From sequence record SRR31156797_7944: 64,000 bases of DNA; one strand, given 5' to 3'. The notes below the pieces were generated by a model. The model was given only the letters and a program-made list of their open reading frames with translations, was not told the origin of the DNA and did not search any database. Below are positions 1-8,820 of the stretch, piece after piece. The position numbers were made by a program, and so were the translations under genes. Position 1 is the stretch's first letter. Each line of letters begins with the position of its first letter.

Positions 1-1
1 A

Positions 2-892
2 GAGAAAAGCGTTGAAGCCTGGCCGGAAGGAGCCGTTACCATCGTCTGTCCCTGGGCCGTCGGGGGAGTCGCCGACATGGTCAACAGGAAAGCGGCGGCC
101 TACGGTCCCGATTACCTGGGAGTTCCCGTGCTGGCCACAAACGAGCTGGGAGCCGGAGGCAATGTCGCTCTCACCAATTACCTGAAGAACCAGCCCAACT
201 CCAACACTCTGATTTTCGGCGGAGAAGGGGCCTTCTCGATCGCTCCCCATATCGACGGCGCCGATGCCCTGCACTTCAGTTACGCCGATTACGAGCCCGT
301 CATCAACCTCTACTCATCCATATTCGTCATGACAGCCGATACGAAACTGAATATTACCGACCTGGACTCGCTGAAGGCCTACGGTCAGGGGAAGGAGGTA
401 AAGATCGCGGTCAACGGTACGGCCGGTTCGGAAGCCTTTCTCGCCAAGGCTCTGTTCAAAGAACTGGGCATAGAGCTTGAGCTTGTCAGCTATAACGGAG
501 CCAATCTGGCACTGGATGCGGCGGCCAAGGGCGAGACAGCCTTCGCCATATCCCATCAGTCCCAGGCCAAGGGCAGCGTGGAGGGAGGCATCCTCAGCCC
601 CGTCGTCATGTTTGACGAGACCGGTGTGGACAATGAGGTTTTTCACAATGTGAAGGGTGTGGGAGAGTACGGCTACAATGCCTATTTCAGGAACCGCTGT
701 CTGATCATGGCGCGGAAGGGGACGGATCCCCGGGTTCTCTCCAAGGTAAAGAACGCCTACCTGGCCATTCTTAACGAGCCGGAGATAGTAGATTTCTACG
801 ACTCTCTGATGATCGAGATAGACCCCCTTGATTCGGCGAAGATAGACAGGCACATAGCGGATGTAACCGCCATCGTTCAGAATAACCAGTAA
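2..892 (+). CDS. tctC: Tripartite tricarboxylate transporter substrate-binding protein (TctC/Bug family), 5'-truncated by the window edge
   Basis: The frame is open from position 2 (WPEGAVTIVCPWAVGGVAD, the typical Bug N-terminal motif); it lies upstream of tctB. Confidence 0.85.
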   Translation, partial: EKSVEAWPEGAVTIVCPWAVGGVADMVNRKAAAYGPDYLGVPVLATNELGAGGNVALTNYLKNQPNSNTLIFGGEGAFSIAPHIDGADALHFSYADYEPVINLYSSIFVMTADTKLNITDLDSLKAYGQGKEVKIAVNGTAGSEAFLAKALFKELGIELELVSYNGANLALDAAAKGETAFAISHQSQAKGSVEGGILSPVVMFDETGVDNEVFHNVKGVGEYGYNAYFRNRCLIMARKGTDPRVLSKVKNAYLAILNEPEIVDFYDSLMIEIDPLDSAKIDRHIADVTAIVQNNQ

Positions 893-970
893 TCCTCACA
901 GTGCTCCGGAGATATCCCTCCGGGGCGGCTTAGCAACAATCAGTCGGGTACGTTCATCAGGCCTCAGCTC

Positions 971-1045
971 AGCCGGGATCGCTCCTCGCTGCGCTGCGAT
1001 CCTATTTAGCCGGACTCGCTCCTCGCTTTGCTGCGCTGCGATCCT
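971..1045. repeat. Two imperfect tandem copies of a GC-rich palindromic unit (REP-like)
   Basis: AGCCGGGATCGCTCCTCGCTGCGCTGCGATCCT (971-1003) and AGCCGGACTCGCTCCTCGCTTTGCTGCGCTGCGATCCT (1008-1045); GGATCGC/GCGATCC stem in copy 1. Confidence 0.65.
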
Positions 1046-1082
1046 TTTATCGTTACGTCCCGTTATTAAAGGTAAATATGTT

Positions 1083-1631
1083 ATGGATCGAAAAAAAGTA
1101 TCGGTATCGTCCCGGCTCTCCGCAAGGCTCGATGCTGTAGAAAACACGCTGGACCGCTGGGGAGAGGGCTTAGAAAAGCGAAGATTCAGGCTCTACCCGG
1201 GCCTGGCCGCTTCGCTGCTGTTTATAGCCCTCTCCCTTCTGATCCTCCTGCTTATGCCCGATCAGATCAAGATAAGAGAAGGTCAGAGTATAACAGCCAG
1301 GACCTTCCCTTCCATGATGGCTTTCATCATGCTGGGAGGAGCCCTTCTCAATCTGGCCAAGGACGGCTTCAAACTAATCCGCAAGGGAAAGCTTCCCGCC
1401 ATTGAGCTCTGTCTCCGTACCGAAATCAAGGCGCTGATTCTTTTGGCATTTCTGATAATCTACGCGTCTCTGATGCCTCTTATCGGTTTCAGCATCGCAT
1501 CGCTGATCTACGGCATACTCATGCTCTTCTACTTCCGCATAAGGGACTTGAGGTACTATCTGCTGATCACGGTACTGGCCCTGGGCATAGGGTTTCTGTT
1601 TAAGAATCTGCTCCACGTCCGACTCCCCTAG
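1083..1631 (+). CDS. tctB: Tripartite tricarboxylate transporter small membrane subunit TctB
   Basis: 4-5 TM helices, 'RTFP' motif and C-terminal 'LLHVRLP'; lies between tctC and (beyond the prophage) tctA. Confidence 0.85.
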   Translation: MDRKKVSVSSRLSARLDAVENTLDRWGEGLEKRRFRLYPGLAASLLFIALSLLILLLMPDQIKIREGQSITARTFPSMMAFIMLGGALLNLAKDGFKLIRKGKLPAIELCLRTEIKALILLAFLIIYASLMPLIGFSIASLIYGILMLFYFRIRDLRYYLLITVLALGIGFLFKNLLHVRLP

Positions 1632-1632
1632 G
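1627..1632. repeat. Left target-site duplication CCTAGG (contains the tctB stop codon)
   Basis: Identical 6-mer at 37249-37254; both copies directly flank the TG...CA ends. Confidence 0.9.
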
Positions 1633-1694
1633 TGTAGCCCCGCGCGAAAAATCGGGGCAAATCATGCGAAATAACTTGCCCCTCTGAAATTTCA
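1633..1694 (+). promoter_or_regulatory. Left end with putative transposase-binding repeats
   Basis: GCGA(A/T)A units at offsets 12 and 34 from the end, the same offsets as in the inverted right end. Confidence 0.65.
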
Positions 1695-1719
1695 TAATAT
1701 AAAAGATCTTTTCAGCTAT

Positions 1720-2349
1720 CTACTCAATCATCATCAATTCTGGTCTATACAACCGACGGTTCTCAAAAGGTGGCTCCCATGTTGCCAGAGCATTATCTTG
1801 CGGTGTGAAGGTTATCGTTCCACTCTCGATCTGCCTCAGGCATTCTATCAGTAGTTTAACCCCCAATGGAAAAAGGGCCTCTCTCCAAAGGGCCTTGTAA
1901 TCCCACCCTTTTCTTATCAATACCGGCTCCTGCCGAATGATATCTCCCCCGTCGACCTTATCTGATAGTTGGTAAACGGTTCCACCTGTAACACTATCTT
2001 TACAGTGTATCGCCCATCGCACAGCGTCCCGCCCTCGATGTCTTGGGAGAAGAGATGGATGGTAACCTATTGCATGCTGAACTTTGGCTCTTACCTTACC
2101 GCTGATGAAATGGTGGGAATGCGCTGAAATTAGAACATCTGTCTCTTCGGGAATATCAGATGACAGCAGCTTCTCACTGTCAATAATTACCGGGGATTGG
2201 GGATCGGTATATGCTGCTACTTTCAATTTATCAAAGTATTTTCCTTCATTTGGGCATGCTATACCTGTGATCTTATGGCCCTCGTTTTTCACTGCTTTAT
2301 AAACAGCTGCGCCGAATGATTTCTGACCTGCAATAAATACGCTAAGCAT
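1720..2349 (-). CDS. Stand-alone formyltransferase/10-formyl-THF-binding domain protein (phage, mom position)
   Basis: GYHPSLLPRHRG...TGGTVYQLSDKVDGGDI motifs; 209 aa, so no C-terminal tRNA-binding domain. Confidence 0.85.
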   Translation of the reverse strand: MLSVFIAGQKSFGAAVYKAVKNEGHKITGIACPNEGKYFDKLKVAAYTDPQSPVIIDSEKLLSSDIPEETDVLISAHSHHFISGKVRAKVQHAIGYHPSLLPRHRGRDAVRWAIHCKDSVTGGTVYQLSDKVDGGDIIRQEPVLIRKGWDYKALWREALFPLGVKLLIECLRQIESGTITFTPQDNALATWEPPFENRRLYRPELMMIE

Positions 2350-3457
2350 TGTTGTTTTCTCCTATGTAAGCAAAGCCTTGTATAGCTCTAAAATGGCCGC
2401 CGTAACGGCAATGTCCTGAACTTCCCAAGTATTTCGGCGACCTTGGTTTTCCGCCCTTCACATATAACCGTGCGCTCTTCTGAATCCAGTTGGTATCGCG
2501 TCTTAGGGCAGCAGCGAGCTGGGGGTGTGAAGTATGAAATAGAACAGGGAGTTTCTTATTTCGCCGTCCATACCCATCAAGGTGATATTGGCAGACAGCG
2601 TTTAAGAATCTCACCCCGATACCGGCCCCCTGCCACTCCGGCATTACAACCAGCCTTGTAGCCCTGTAATAGCCGCACTGGAAAAAGGGACATACAGCGA
2701 GGTGAGCTACAGGTTCACCGTTCACTATACCAACGAAATAGTGAGCGGCGATCGGCATCGGTAGGTCTAAATAATAATGTGGTTTAAAGTACTTCCAGTA
2801 ACTTCCATCCGCCTGTTTAATTTCCAGTTTGATTTTGGGGCGTTGAAGACAGCTCCTTTCATAACGGCCATCTTTTGTATCTATAACCCAGTCAGGCTGA
2901 AGCCATTCGAGGATATCGTAATGGGGGGAGAGTATTACGACCTTTCGGCCTTTTACTCGCCTCCAGGACTTTTGAAAAGCGTTGGCTCCGATCTTTGCTA
3001 TTTGACGGTCTATAACGCTGGTAAACTCATCAAGAACGATCTCTGTTTCATTACTGAGAAGAAGCCTGGCCAGACCGGCACGGAATTGCTCTCCATTCGA
3101 TAAAATGTGGTGAGGTCTGAGCCATGATGGGACGCTTCCTAAACCGACTGAGGATAAGGCCGAAGTAACCCTGTTGAAGTCGGCTTCGGGAGCGATTGAA
3201 TCTATTATAGGGAGATCAGCGTTCCAACCCGAATTCAGGTCATAAATTCCGTTAGAGAACAGCTCTAATCCCAGAGAGGTTTTTCCGCTTCCTGAAGGCC
3301 CGACAATGGCCCCTATAGACCATTCGAACTCATCTATATCAGTATCTACATTGAGGCTGAATTTATGGCCGTACTCGGCATTAAATAAGCTCTTCACCCG
3401 TGCGGCCCTATAGGTATCGAAATTGTGGCATTTCCGGTGTACTTTCAGGGTTCTCAT
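2342..3457 (-). CDS. ABC-type ATPase fused to a GNAT (Mom-like) acyltransferase
   Basis: Walker A GPSGSGKT, signature LSNGE, Walker B IVLDEF; C-terminal GNAT motif RLVVMPEWQGAGIG. Confidence 0.85.
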   Translation of the reverse strand: MRTLKVHRKCHNFDTYRAARVKSLFNAEYGHKFSLNVDTDIDEFEWSIGAIVGPSGSGKTSLGLELFSNGIYDLNSGWNADLPIIDSIAPEADFNRVTSALSSVGLGSVPSWLRPHHILSNGEQFRAGLARLLLSNETEIVLDEFTSVIDRQIAKIGANAFQKSWRRVKGRKVVILSPHYDILEWLQPDWVIDTKDGRYERSCLQRPKIKLEIKQADGSYWKYFKPHYYLDLPMPIAAHYFVGIVNGEPVAHLAVCPFFQCGYYRATRLVVMPEWQGAGIGVRFLNAVCQYHLDGYGRRNKKLPVLFHTSHPQLAAALRRDTNWIQKSARLYVKGGKPRSPKYLGSSGHCRYGGHFRAIQGFAYIGENNNA

Positions 3458-3585
3458 ACGCTCACCACCTTTAACTTCATACCTTTCTTCTTCAGGCTAA
3501 CAAATACAGTTTTCTGCTCTTTCTCATCCTTACATAGAACAATCACCCCATACTTCGGGGTGTACTTTATTTCTTTCTTATTCAC
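3454..3585 (-). CDS. Small 43-aa protein translationally coupled to the ATPase-GNAT gene (not in the ORF track)
   Basis: GGAG RBS and GTG start; MNKKEIKYTPKYGVIVLCKDEKEQKTVFVSLKKKGMKLKVVSV; ATGA overlap with the next gene. Confidence 0.7.
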   Translation of the reverse strand: MNKKEIKYTPKYGVIVLCKDEKEQKTVFVSLKKKGMKLKVVSV

Positions 3586-3660
3586 TCTTTACTCCGAAAA
3601 TAGTATTTCGGGCTAATGAGCTTCCGGGTTTATACCGACCATATATTTGTTAATGCATGT

Positions 3661-3744
3661 GGCGGTAGCGGTTTCCCGTAGGTGTTGGCGCACCTGCTCC
3701 GGGAGGTTCGTTCTCCTGGGGCTGCCGCCCTTTACAGCAGCCCC
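3661..3744 (-). ncRNA. Candidate structured leader RNA with alternative stems upstream of the modification cassette
   Basis: GGCGGTAGC(3661-3669)/GCTGCCGCC(3721-3729) outer stem; inner AGGTG-CGCCAA-CACCT hairpin; competing GGGGCTGC(3718-3725)/GCAGCCCC(3737-3744) stem. Confidence 0.5.
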
Positions 3745-3750
3745 GAATTA

Positions 3751-4290
3751 TTACATCTGAAACCAGTCAGGTCTCTCAGGTTCAATCCCTGTGGTAGGGG
3801 CATTCAGCCAGGCGGATCTCCACTCTGTATATTCTTCTTTCTGATTTCCACTCAATTCATTCCAGGGCAGCGGGAGCTGATACTTGTCAAAAATCGCGAA
3901 CTCAAATGAACGCTTCTTTCTGATGATTTTCAGTTCATGTTCGGCCTTTTCTTTAGGATCATTTTCCCACTTGTCACCGGTCCAATGCTCATATGGCATT
4001 CCAGATGGTTCTTTATCTGTCCAATTTGAATCAGGTGCCTTATCATATTCAGTTATTTCATATAACTGCTTGGTGGCCTTATCCCAGTACTTCCCTCTAT
4101 GATCCTTTATCAGGCCATCAGAAATAAGATCTGCAATAGGGCGGACTGAGCCTTTCTCATCAACCATATCGGCCCGCATACCTTTAGTTCCGTTAAAACA
4201 TTCTACGGCTTTATACTGGTTCCCTTTAGGGACTTTGGGAGCGTCATAGTGGCCTATGATTATCCCATCTCTGATTTCGATATATTCCAT
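3751..4290 (-). CDS. Tail fibre assembly/chaperone-like protein
   Basis: Follows the tail fibre; C-terminal 'WRSAWLNAP...PERPDWF' resembles fibre-assembly proteins. Confidence 0.55.
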   Translation of the reverse strand: MEYIEIRDGIIIGHYDAPKVPKGNQYKAVECFNGTKGMRADMVDEKGSVRPIADLISDGLIKDHRGKYWDKATKQLYEITEYDKAPDSNWTDKEPSGMPYEHWTGDKWENDPKEKAEHELKIIRKKRSFEFAIFDKYQLPLPWNELSGNQKEEYTEWRSAWLNAPTTGIEPERPDWFQM

Positions 4291-5243
4291 TAAGCAGTCC
4301 TCCTCCACTTTCTTATTGTACGGTTAGAAGGTCGAGTCTCAGAGCCAATACGCGGGGGGCCATTGACACCGTCTGATTTTGGATTATGTACATGATTTCT
4401 TCCGGCCTTAACCCTTGACTGTCGAACAGAGTCAACAGTTCCACCGGAAGGCGCATCCAAAGGCTCATAGTAAAATTCATGGAAATGACCTTGAAACTGG
4501 TCAAGCTGCTGACCCGATCCAAATGCAGAAGCGGCTCCACCCTCAATGCGATAGAAATCTCCAGCATCTTCTGATGAGACATTCTCCCATGTTCCCGGGT
4601 AGTTCCTCTGGGAAGGTGTCAATCCTCCTGGGAGCTGAAGGTAATCAGATCCGACAGGGAACATACTGTCCACATAAGCCTTTACGGCGGCCTGTTCAAC
4701 TGCCATTTCTGACATAGAAAGCAGCTGAGGCTTTCGGCTGTCTTCAGCCAACAGATTTTCCCAGGTGGAAGTCTCATCCAGCCGCAAATCCAGAATAGGC
4801 ACCTGGTATTCTGTAAAGTCCGGCTTTGTTATGTTCTCGGAGGTATCATTTACCCCGGGATCAATGATCTCAATCTCCACATCATCCAGATACTGAGCGG
4901 GGCAAGGCTGATTGTTAATATCAATAACCTGACCGTCTTCAGTGATCTTGTACCGGAGGGCTATCGTGACCCACCGGTATAGCCCGGCGCCGGGCCTGGC
5001 CAGGGTTCCCAGATCAGCCGTAAAGGCTTCTTCTTTCTGAAGAATACGTCCTAAACCATCAAAGCCGACACCGGCGGAAACCGATACCTGGCTGCCCGTT
5101 ATTGTTGCTTCGAAACCGGTTTTAATCCCCATTCCTGCGATAGAGGCGGCCACATTCTCCAGCCCGCTTTCAAGGCTCTCCTGCAGCTTGTCAAAATCCG
5201 GTTTATCAGGTGTAAAGCCGGATACGAAATTCACTTTATCCAT
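4290..5243 (-). CDS. Tail fibre protein
   Basis: Position after the baseplate genes; C-terminal 'QLDQFQGHFH...SETRPSNRTIRKW' collar/tip motif. Confidence 0.75.
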   Translation of the reverse strand: MDKVNFVSGFTPDKPDFDKLQESLESGLENVAASIAGMGIKTGFEATITGSQVSVSAGVGFDGLGRILQKEEAFTADLGTLARPGAGLYRWVTIALRYKITEDGQVIDINNQPCPAQYLDDVEIEIIDPGVNDTSENITKPDFTEYQVPILDLRLDETSTWENLLAEDSRKPQLLSMSEMAVEQAAVKAYVDSMFPVGSDYLQLPGGLTPSQRNYPGTWENVSSEDAGDFYRIEGGAASAFGSGQQLDQFQGHFHEFYYEPLDAPSGGTVDSVRQSRVKAGRNHVHNPKSDGVNGPPRIGSETRPSNRTIRKWRRTA

Positions 5244-6024
5244 TCGGTATAACCTCCCATTCAATGGACTCGTCTAATAAACTTTGGGTTCTTTCGGTAA
5301 CTGCCGGCAGATAGTCAGCCACGCAAGTTATCATCGTTTTTGGCGGATTCTCAGGGCCATATACAACGGAGTAGCCGACACGGGCGGAGCCGATAACAAA
5401 GGCGTCATCAGGGAGTATCCTTACTTCCAGATAACAGATGTCCGAGTACAGGGTTGCAAGCCACTTACTACCGCCGTATAGGCGGATCTGATCCAAAGTA
5501 AGGTCTTCCATCTCAGCAGTTATCCAGGGCTTGATGATGATTTTGATATCAGGATCCAGTACATCATCAAAGATGGCATAGAGCCGGTCATAATCGCCCT
5601 GGGTGAGCTGGCGGACCTTTATAGCGATAAAGAATCCGGCGCCGATCTTATCAACTCCGATACGGGAGTAGCCTACTCGGAAGCTATTCAATGGGGCCTC
5701 AAAGACGTCATATCTTCCGGGAATTATGCTCTCCAAGATTTCATATATCTGTCCTCGGAATCCTCGCTCCTCCATCCATTTTGAGCCGGTAGCGGTCCGG
5801 CTCCTTAATGCGTCTTCTGTGTCCCCGGGGAACTCAGGAATACCGAGTGCTGCTGAATGGCGTTTCAGCATTCTTGAATCGCAGAGGTAGGGGAAGAACG
5901 CCCTGGACACCTTATTGATATCTGAGGAGGCAATATCCCCGACTCGACCGATGGCCCGGAAAATGGCCCCACGGTTCTTCTTTCGAAGTCGTGGAGGGTT
6001 CAGTTTCTCGATAAGATCGGTCAT
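5236..6024 (-). CDS. Baseplate wedge/tail protein I-like
   Basis: Synteny after baseplate J; repeated F-x-[VI]-G-x-[SA]-R-[IV]-G motif. Confidence 0.6.
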   Translation of the reverse strand: MTDLIEKLNPPRLRKKNRGAIFRAIGRVGDIASSDINKVSRAFFPYLCDSRMLKRHSAALGIPEFPGDTEDALRSRTATGSKWMEERGFRGQIYEILESIIPGRYDVFEAPLNSFRVGYSRIGVDKIGAGFFIAIKVRQLTQGDYDRLYAIFDDVLDPDIKIIIKPWITAEMEDLTLDQIRLYGGSKWLATLYSDICYLEVRILPDDAFVIGSARVGYSVVYGPENPPKTMITCVADYLPAVTERTQSLLDESIEWEVIPNG

Positions 6025-7118
6025 ACTTTCTCCACCTTCAGGGAGAACCCGTCGGGGTCATCTATCCCCGGAGGGATAAGGCGTTCCACTTTCTCTGCAG
6101 TACCGGAAGCCGACACATCTCTAACCGGCAGAACGATCTCCAAACGCGTCATATCAGGGTAGAGCTCCTCGAGCTGGCTGTAGGTCTTACGCTCTTCAAA
6201 AATCCCTCCCATAGGGATATTAAGGATCAGGTTACGGAGGGAGGCTTCAACCTCTTCGACCGTATAATTGCCGCCGGAAAACTGGATGTGATAGTTCGTC
6301 TTTTTGTCATCTGGCCATTTAACCAGGAGATCTCTGCACACAAGCCCGGCGTCGTTGATCGCTGTCTCAACGGCTGCTTTCAGTTCAGCGGGCTTCTCCC
6401 CGGAAACGGAGGAGATGTACAGATCAGTGGTACCTTGCCCCCTGGGGGTACGGATGACCTTGGTCTCTTTCACTCCGCTTACTGATGCGGCTATTAACTC
6501 GAACTTTTTGGGAGGATTACTATCTCCCTGGCTTGCCCATTTGGCTTTTATTCTGATTCTGTACGGGGCGTCCTTCTCCTCTTCATCCCCCTGTGTTCCT
6601 ATCCAACCCTCTTCAAGAGTTGTCTCTTCAATCCCGGTTATCACTTTCCTGAAGGATACGGCCGTACTGGCGGGGAGGTTGTATATACTTCCGGTGAATT
6701 CTGCTTCGATGGGGGCGGTGAATGTCCCGGTTGAGAAGTTAATGGTCTGGGTAACCTTAAAGCGGAGCTCCGTACCTTCGGCTCTGATGTAGGAGCCCTT
6801 TTCAACAGTTCCTGAGCTGTAGGCTTTCACAGTCAGGAGTCCTGTGGTTCTTATTGCGGAATTCCTATTGACGCCGAGGAGGAGTCCCCAGAGGGACAGC
6901 CAGAACCCAGTCGCCCTGTCCAGATCTGCCCTTCCATAAATGTAGTTCAGGGCTTTGCTGTAGAGGGCGATGACGACTGTGCAGACCCCCTCTATAAATC
7001 CTCTGAGAACGCCTACACTTTTGAAGTTCTTGATGCCTGTTTCTTCTGAGAATATCTCGTATATTTCATTCTTGATTTCATCCTCTGATTTTTCAAGAAA
7101 TGTCAGCTCTTCACTCAA
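6021..7118 (-). CDS. Baseplate J/gp47 family protein
   Basis: ATGFWLSLWG, G-x-x-YN, EEEKDAPYRIRI, PRGQGT motifs; TTG start after GGAGG. Confidence 0.85.
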   Translation of the reverse strand: MSEELTFLEKSEDEIKNEIYEIFSEETGIKNFKSVGVLRGFIEGVCTVVIALYSKALNYIYGRADLDRATGFWLSLWGLLLGVNRNSAIRTTGLLTVKAYSSGTVEKGSYIRAEGTELRFKVTQTINFSTGTFTAPIEAEFTGSIYNLPASTAVSFRKVITGIEETTLEEGWIGTQGDEEEKDAPYRIRIKAKWASQGDSNPPKKFELIAASVSGVKETKVIRTPRGQGTTDLYISSVSGEKPAELKAAVETAINDAGLVCRDLLVKWPDDKKTNYHIQFSGGNYTVEEVEASLRNLILNIPMGGIFEERKTYSQLEELYPDMTRLEIVLPVRDVSASGTAEKVERLIPPGIDDPDGFSLKVEKV

Positions 7119-7500
7119 TGTCCGTACCTCCCAGCAGCTTCTCCAGGTCAAAATAAAGTTTGTCATCGTCGGAGCTGTTCAACGGCTTGTAGTAGAGCCA
7201 GAACTTCCCCTCAGATGTTTTACCGCCCTCAACTGTAGAGGCGTCGATTCTAGGGTCTTTCAATGCCAACCGCTCCAGCTCGCCTATCACATCATCATCC
7301 TGGAAGTCATGATCATTGATCATCTCAAAGAACCGGCTGCCAGCTTCAGCGTCCCAGGGGACTGATCCGTATGGAATTGAAGCTTCCTCTCTCAGGTCTT
7401 GCGCGATGATCCGTATGGATTCTTCAAGCAGAACATCATCTTCTGGTGTAAACTCAATATCTCCGTTCCCATCCAGATAGAAATCAGATCCGTATTTCAT
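7111..7500 (-). CDS. Baseplate wedge protein (gpW/gp25/GP46-like)
   Basis: 'LKDPRIDASTV' motif; directly precedes baseplate J. Confidence 0.65.
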   Translation of the reverse strand: MKYGSDFYLDGNGDIEFTPEDDVLLEESIRIIAQDLREEASIPYGSVPWDAEAGSRFFEMINDHDFQDDDVIGELERLALKDPRIDASTVEGGKTSEGKFWLYYKPLNSSDDDKLYFDLEKLLGGTDIE

Positions 7501-7507
7501 ACTCCGC

Positions 7508-8068
7508 TTACTCCTTGAACAACAGGCTTATATCTGCCTTCAATTTCGCCATCACTGGGGATAGAGCTGGGTTAAGGGTATGCTCTTCAGGGCTCCCCGT
7601 TGTGGAGAGTTTTATAAACCCGTCCACAATCTCCTCCAGTAGGCCTTTGAGGCTTTTGCCGTTATTCAATAAGGAGAAGAGTCCATCTCCGGACATGCGG
7701 AAGATTCCCCCCTTCCCATCAACCAGGACAAATTGCCCTTCGGCTCCGTCAGCCGGGGTGTAGCTGTCCGACCATATCCCTGTGCTGTACGGAAACGCCT
7801 CATTGAAGTGAAGGAATGAGACTACAACTATCTGATCTTTCCCCGGCGGGCAATAGATCCCCTGACCGGCTGAATCGGCCCATATCGGGTTAAGGGGGAC
7901 CTCTTTGAGGATCTCCCCTGTACCTTCTAATGATTCAGGCATGAGTACTTCTCCGTCAAAGCAGTACCCGCCCTTATCCTTTTTGATATAGCTTTTCATC
8001 ACCCTGGCTTTCACAGGCCCGCGGACCCTGGAAAGCACCTTTTCTGCTATGGATTCAAGAGGAGTCAT
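7508..8068 (-). CDS. Baseplate spike/assembly protein (gpV-like)
   Basis: OB-fold-type 'GIYCPPGKDQIVVVSF' motif; synteny. Confidence 0.65.
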   Translation of the reverse strand: MTPLESIAEKVLSRVRGPVKARVMKSYIKKDKGGYCFDGEVLMPESLEGTGEILKEVPLNPIWADSAGQGIYCPPGKDQIVVVSFLHFNEAFPYSTGIWSDSYTPADGAEGQFVLVDGKGGIFRMSGDGLFSLLNNGKSLKGLLEEIVDGFIKLSTTGSPEEHTLNPALSPVMAKLKADISLLFKE

Positions 8069-8820
8069 AGTGCTGTGGCCTCCAGGGTCATTCGGTATTT
8101 CCCCGGGGAAATTGTGATAATCGATCTGATACAGGCGGCTTTAATACCATCGATCTGAACCGCCTGCCCGTATACAACCGGGAAGGTGAATGCTTCGATG
8201 CGATCTCGCTCCTTTGTGAGGATATTCTGACCTGATGTAAAGTTGATGGTCTCCGGCATCTCAGGGCGAATGTCTTTCATATCGCCAAATGACAGAACTC
8301 CTGTAGGGGATATAACAGTCTGATAATTCAGTCCATAAGCCGCTCTGATAAGCTCTTTCAACCTGGTAAGGGTTATGTACCCGGAATGCCCCGCAGGGCA
8401 GGAAAAACGGGATACGCGGAGGATGGCACAGGCTGATAGGTCGATACCAGTTACACCTGTCATTTCGAAGAGGTCCCGGAGAATCTCGGGGGCGTTTGTT
8501 TTCCTCCATGTTACTGGTTCACGGGTGGACGAAAGTTCGTTGAACCATCTTTCTCTGCAGAGAGTCCTGAAGGTGCCGCCTCTGTCCGGGTATACGTCTA
8601 TCACCTGGCATAGGAAAAGCTGGGCTTTAAGCCCGGCCCCCCATGAAAAGATGCCCTTTATAAGGTCACCTTTAAAGACTGCCGGAGCTTCTGAGGTTTG
8701 AATCGTTAAGGATATCCCTGCGGCGGAAGAGTCAAATTTCACCCTGTTGAAAGGGATGGCCGTGCGGTCGGATCTCATTGTCAGGGATGGCTTATAAAAG
8801 CTGGAAGATTCAGCCATCAA
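8065..8820 (-). CDS. Baseplate hub protein (gpD/gp44-like)
   Basis: Synteny between the tube initiator and spike genes. Confidence 0.5.
   Translation of the reverse strand: MMAESSSFYKPSLTMRSDRTAIPFNRVKFDSSAAGISLTIQTSEAPAVFKGDLIKGIFSWGAGLKAQLFLCQVIDVYPDRGGTFRTLCRERWFNELSSTREPVTWRKTNAPEILRDLFEMTGVTGIDLSACAILRVSRFSCPAGHSGYITLTRLKELIRAAYGLNYQTVISPTGVLSFGDMKDIRPEMPETINFTSGQNILTKERDRIEAFTFPVVYGQAVQIDGIKAACIRSIITISPGKYRMTLEATAL

Noticed and set aside
971-1045. CRISPR array
   Set aside because: Only two imperfect units, no spacers, no cas genes
1628-1632. Mu-type 5-bp target duplication
   Set aside because: The flanking 5-mers differ (CTAGG vs CCTAG); only the 6-mer matches
1720-2349. Housekeeping methionyl-tRNA formyltransferase (fmt)
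   Set aside because: Too short, lacks the C-terminal tRNA-binding domain, lies inside the prophage and is coupled to the ATPase-GNAT gene
2342-3457. ABC transporter ATPase
   Set aside because: No permease nearby and it is fused to a GNAT domain
3751-5243. Invertible tail fibre segment or diversity-generating retroelement
   Set aside because: No invertase, reverse transcriptase, inverted fibre copy or template repeat seen by eye
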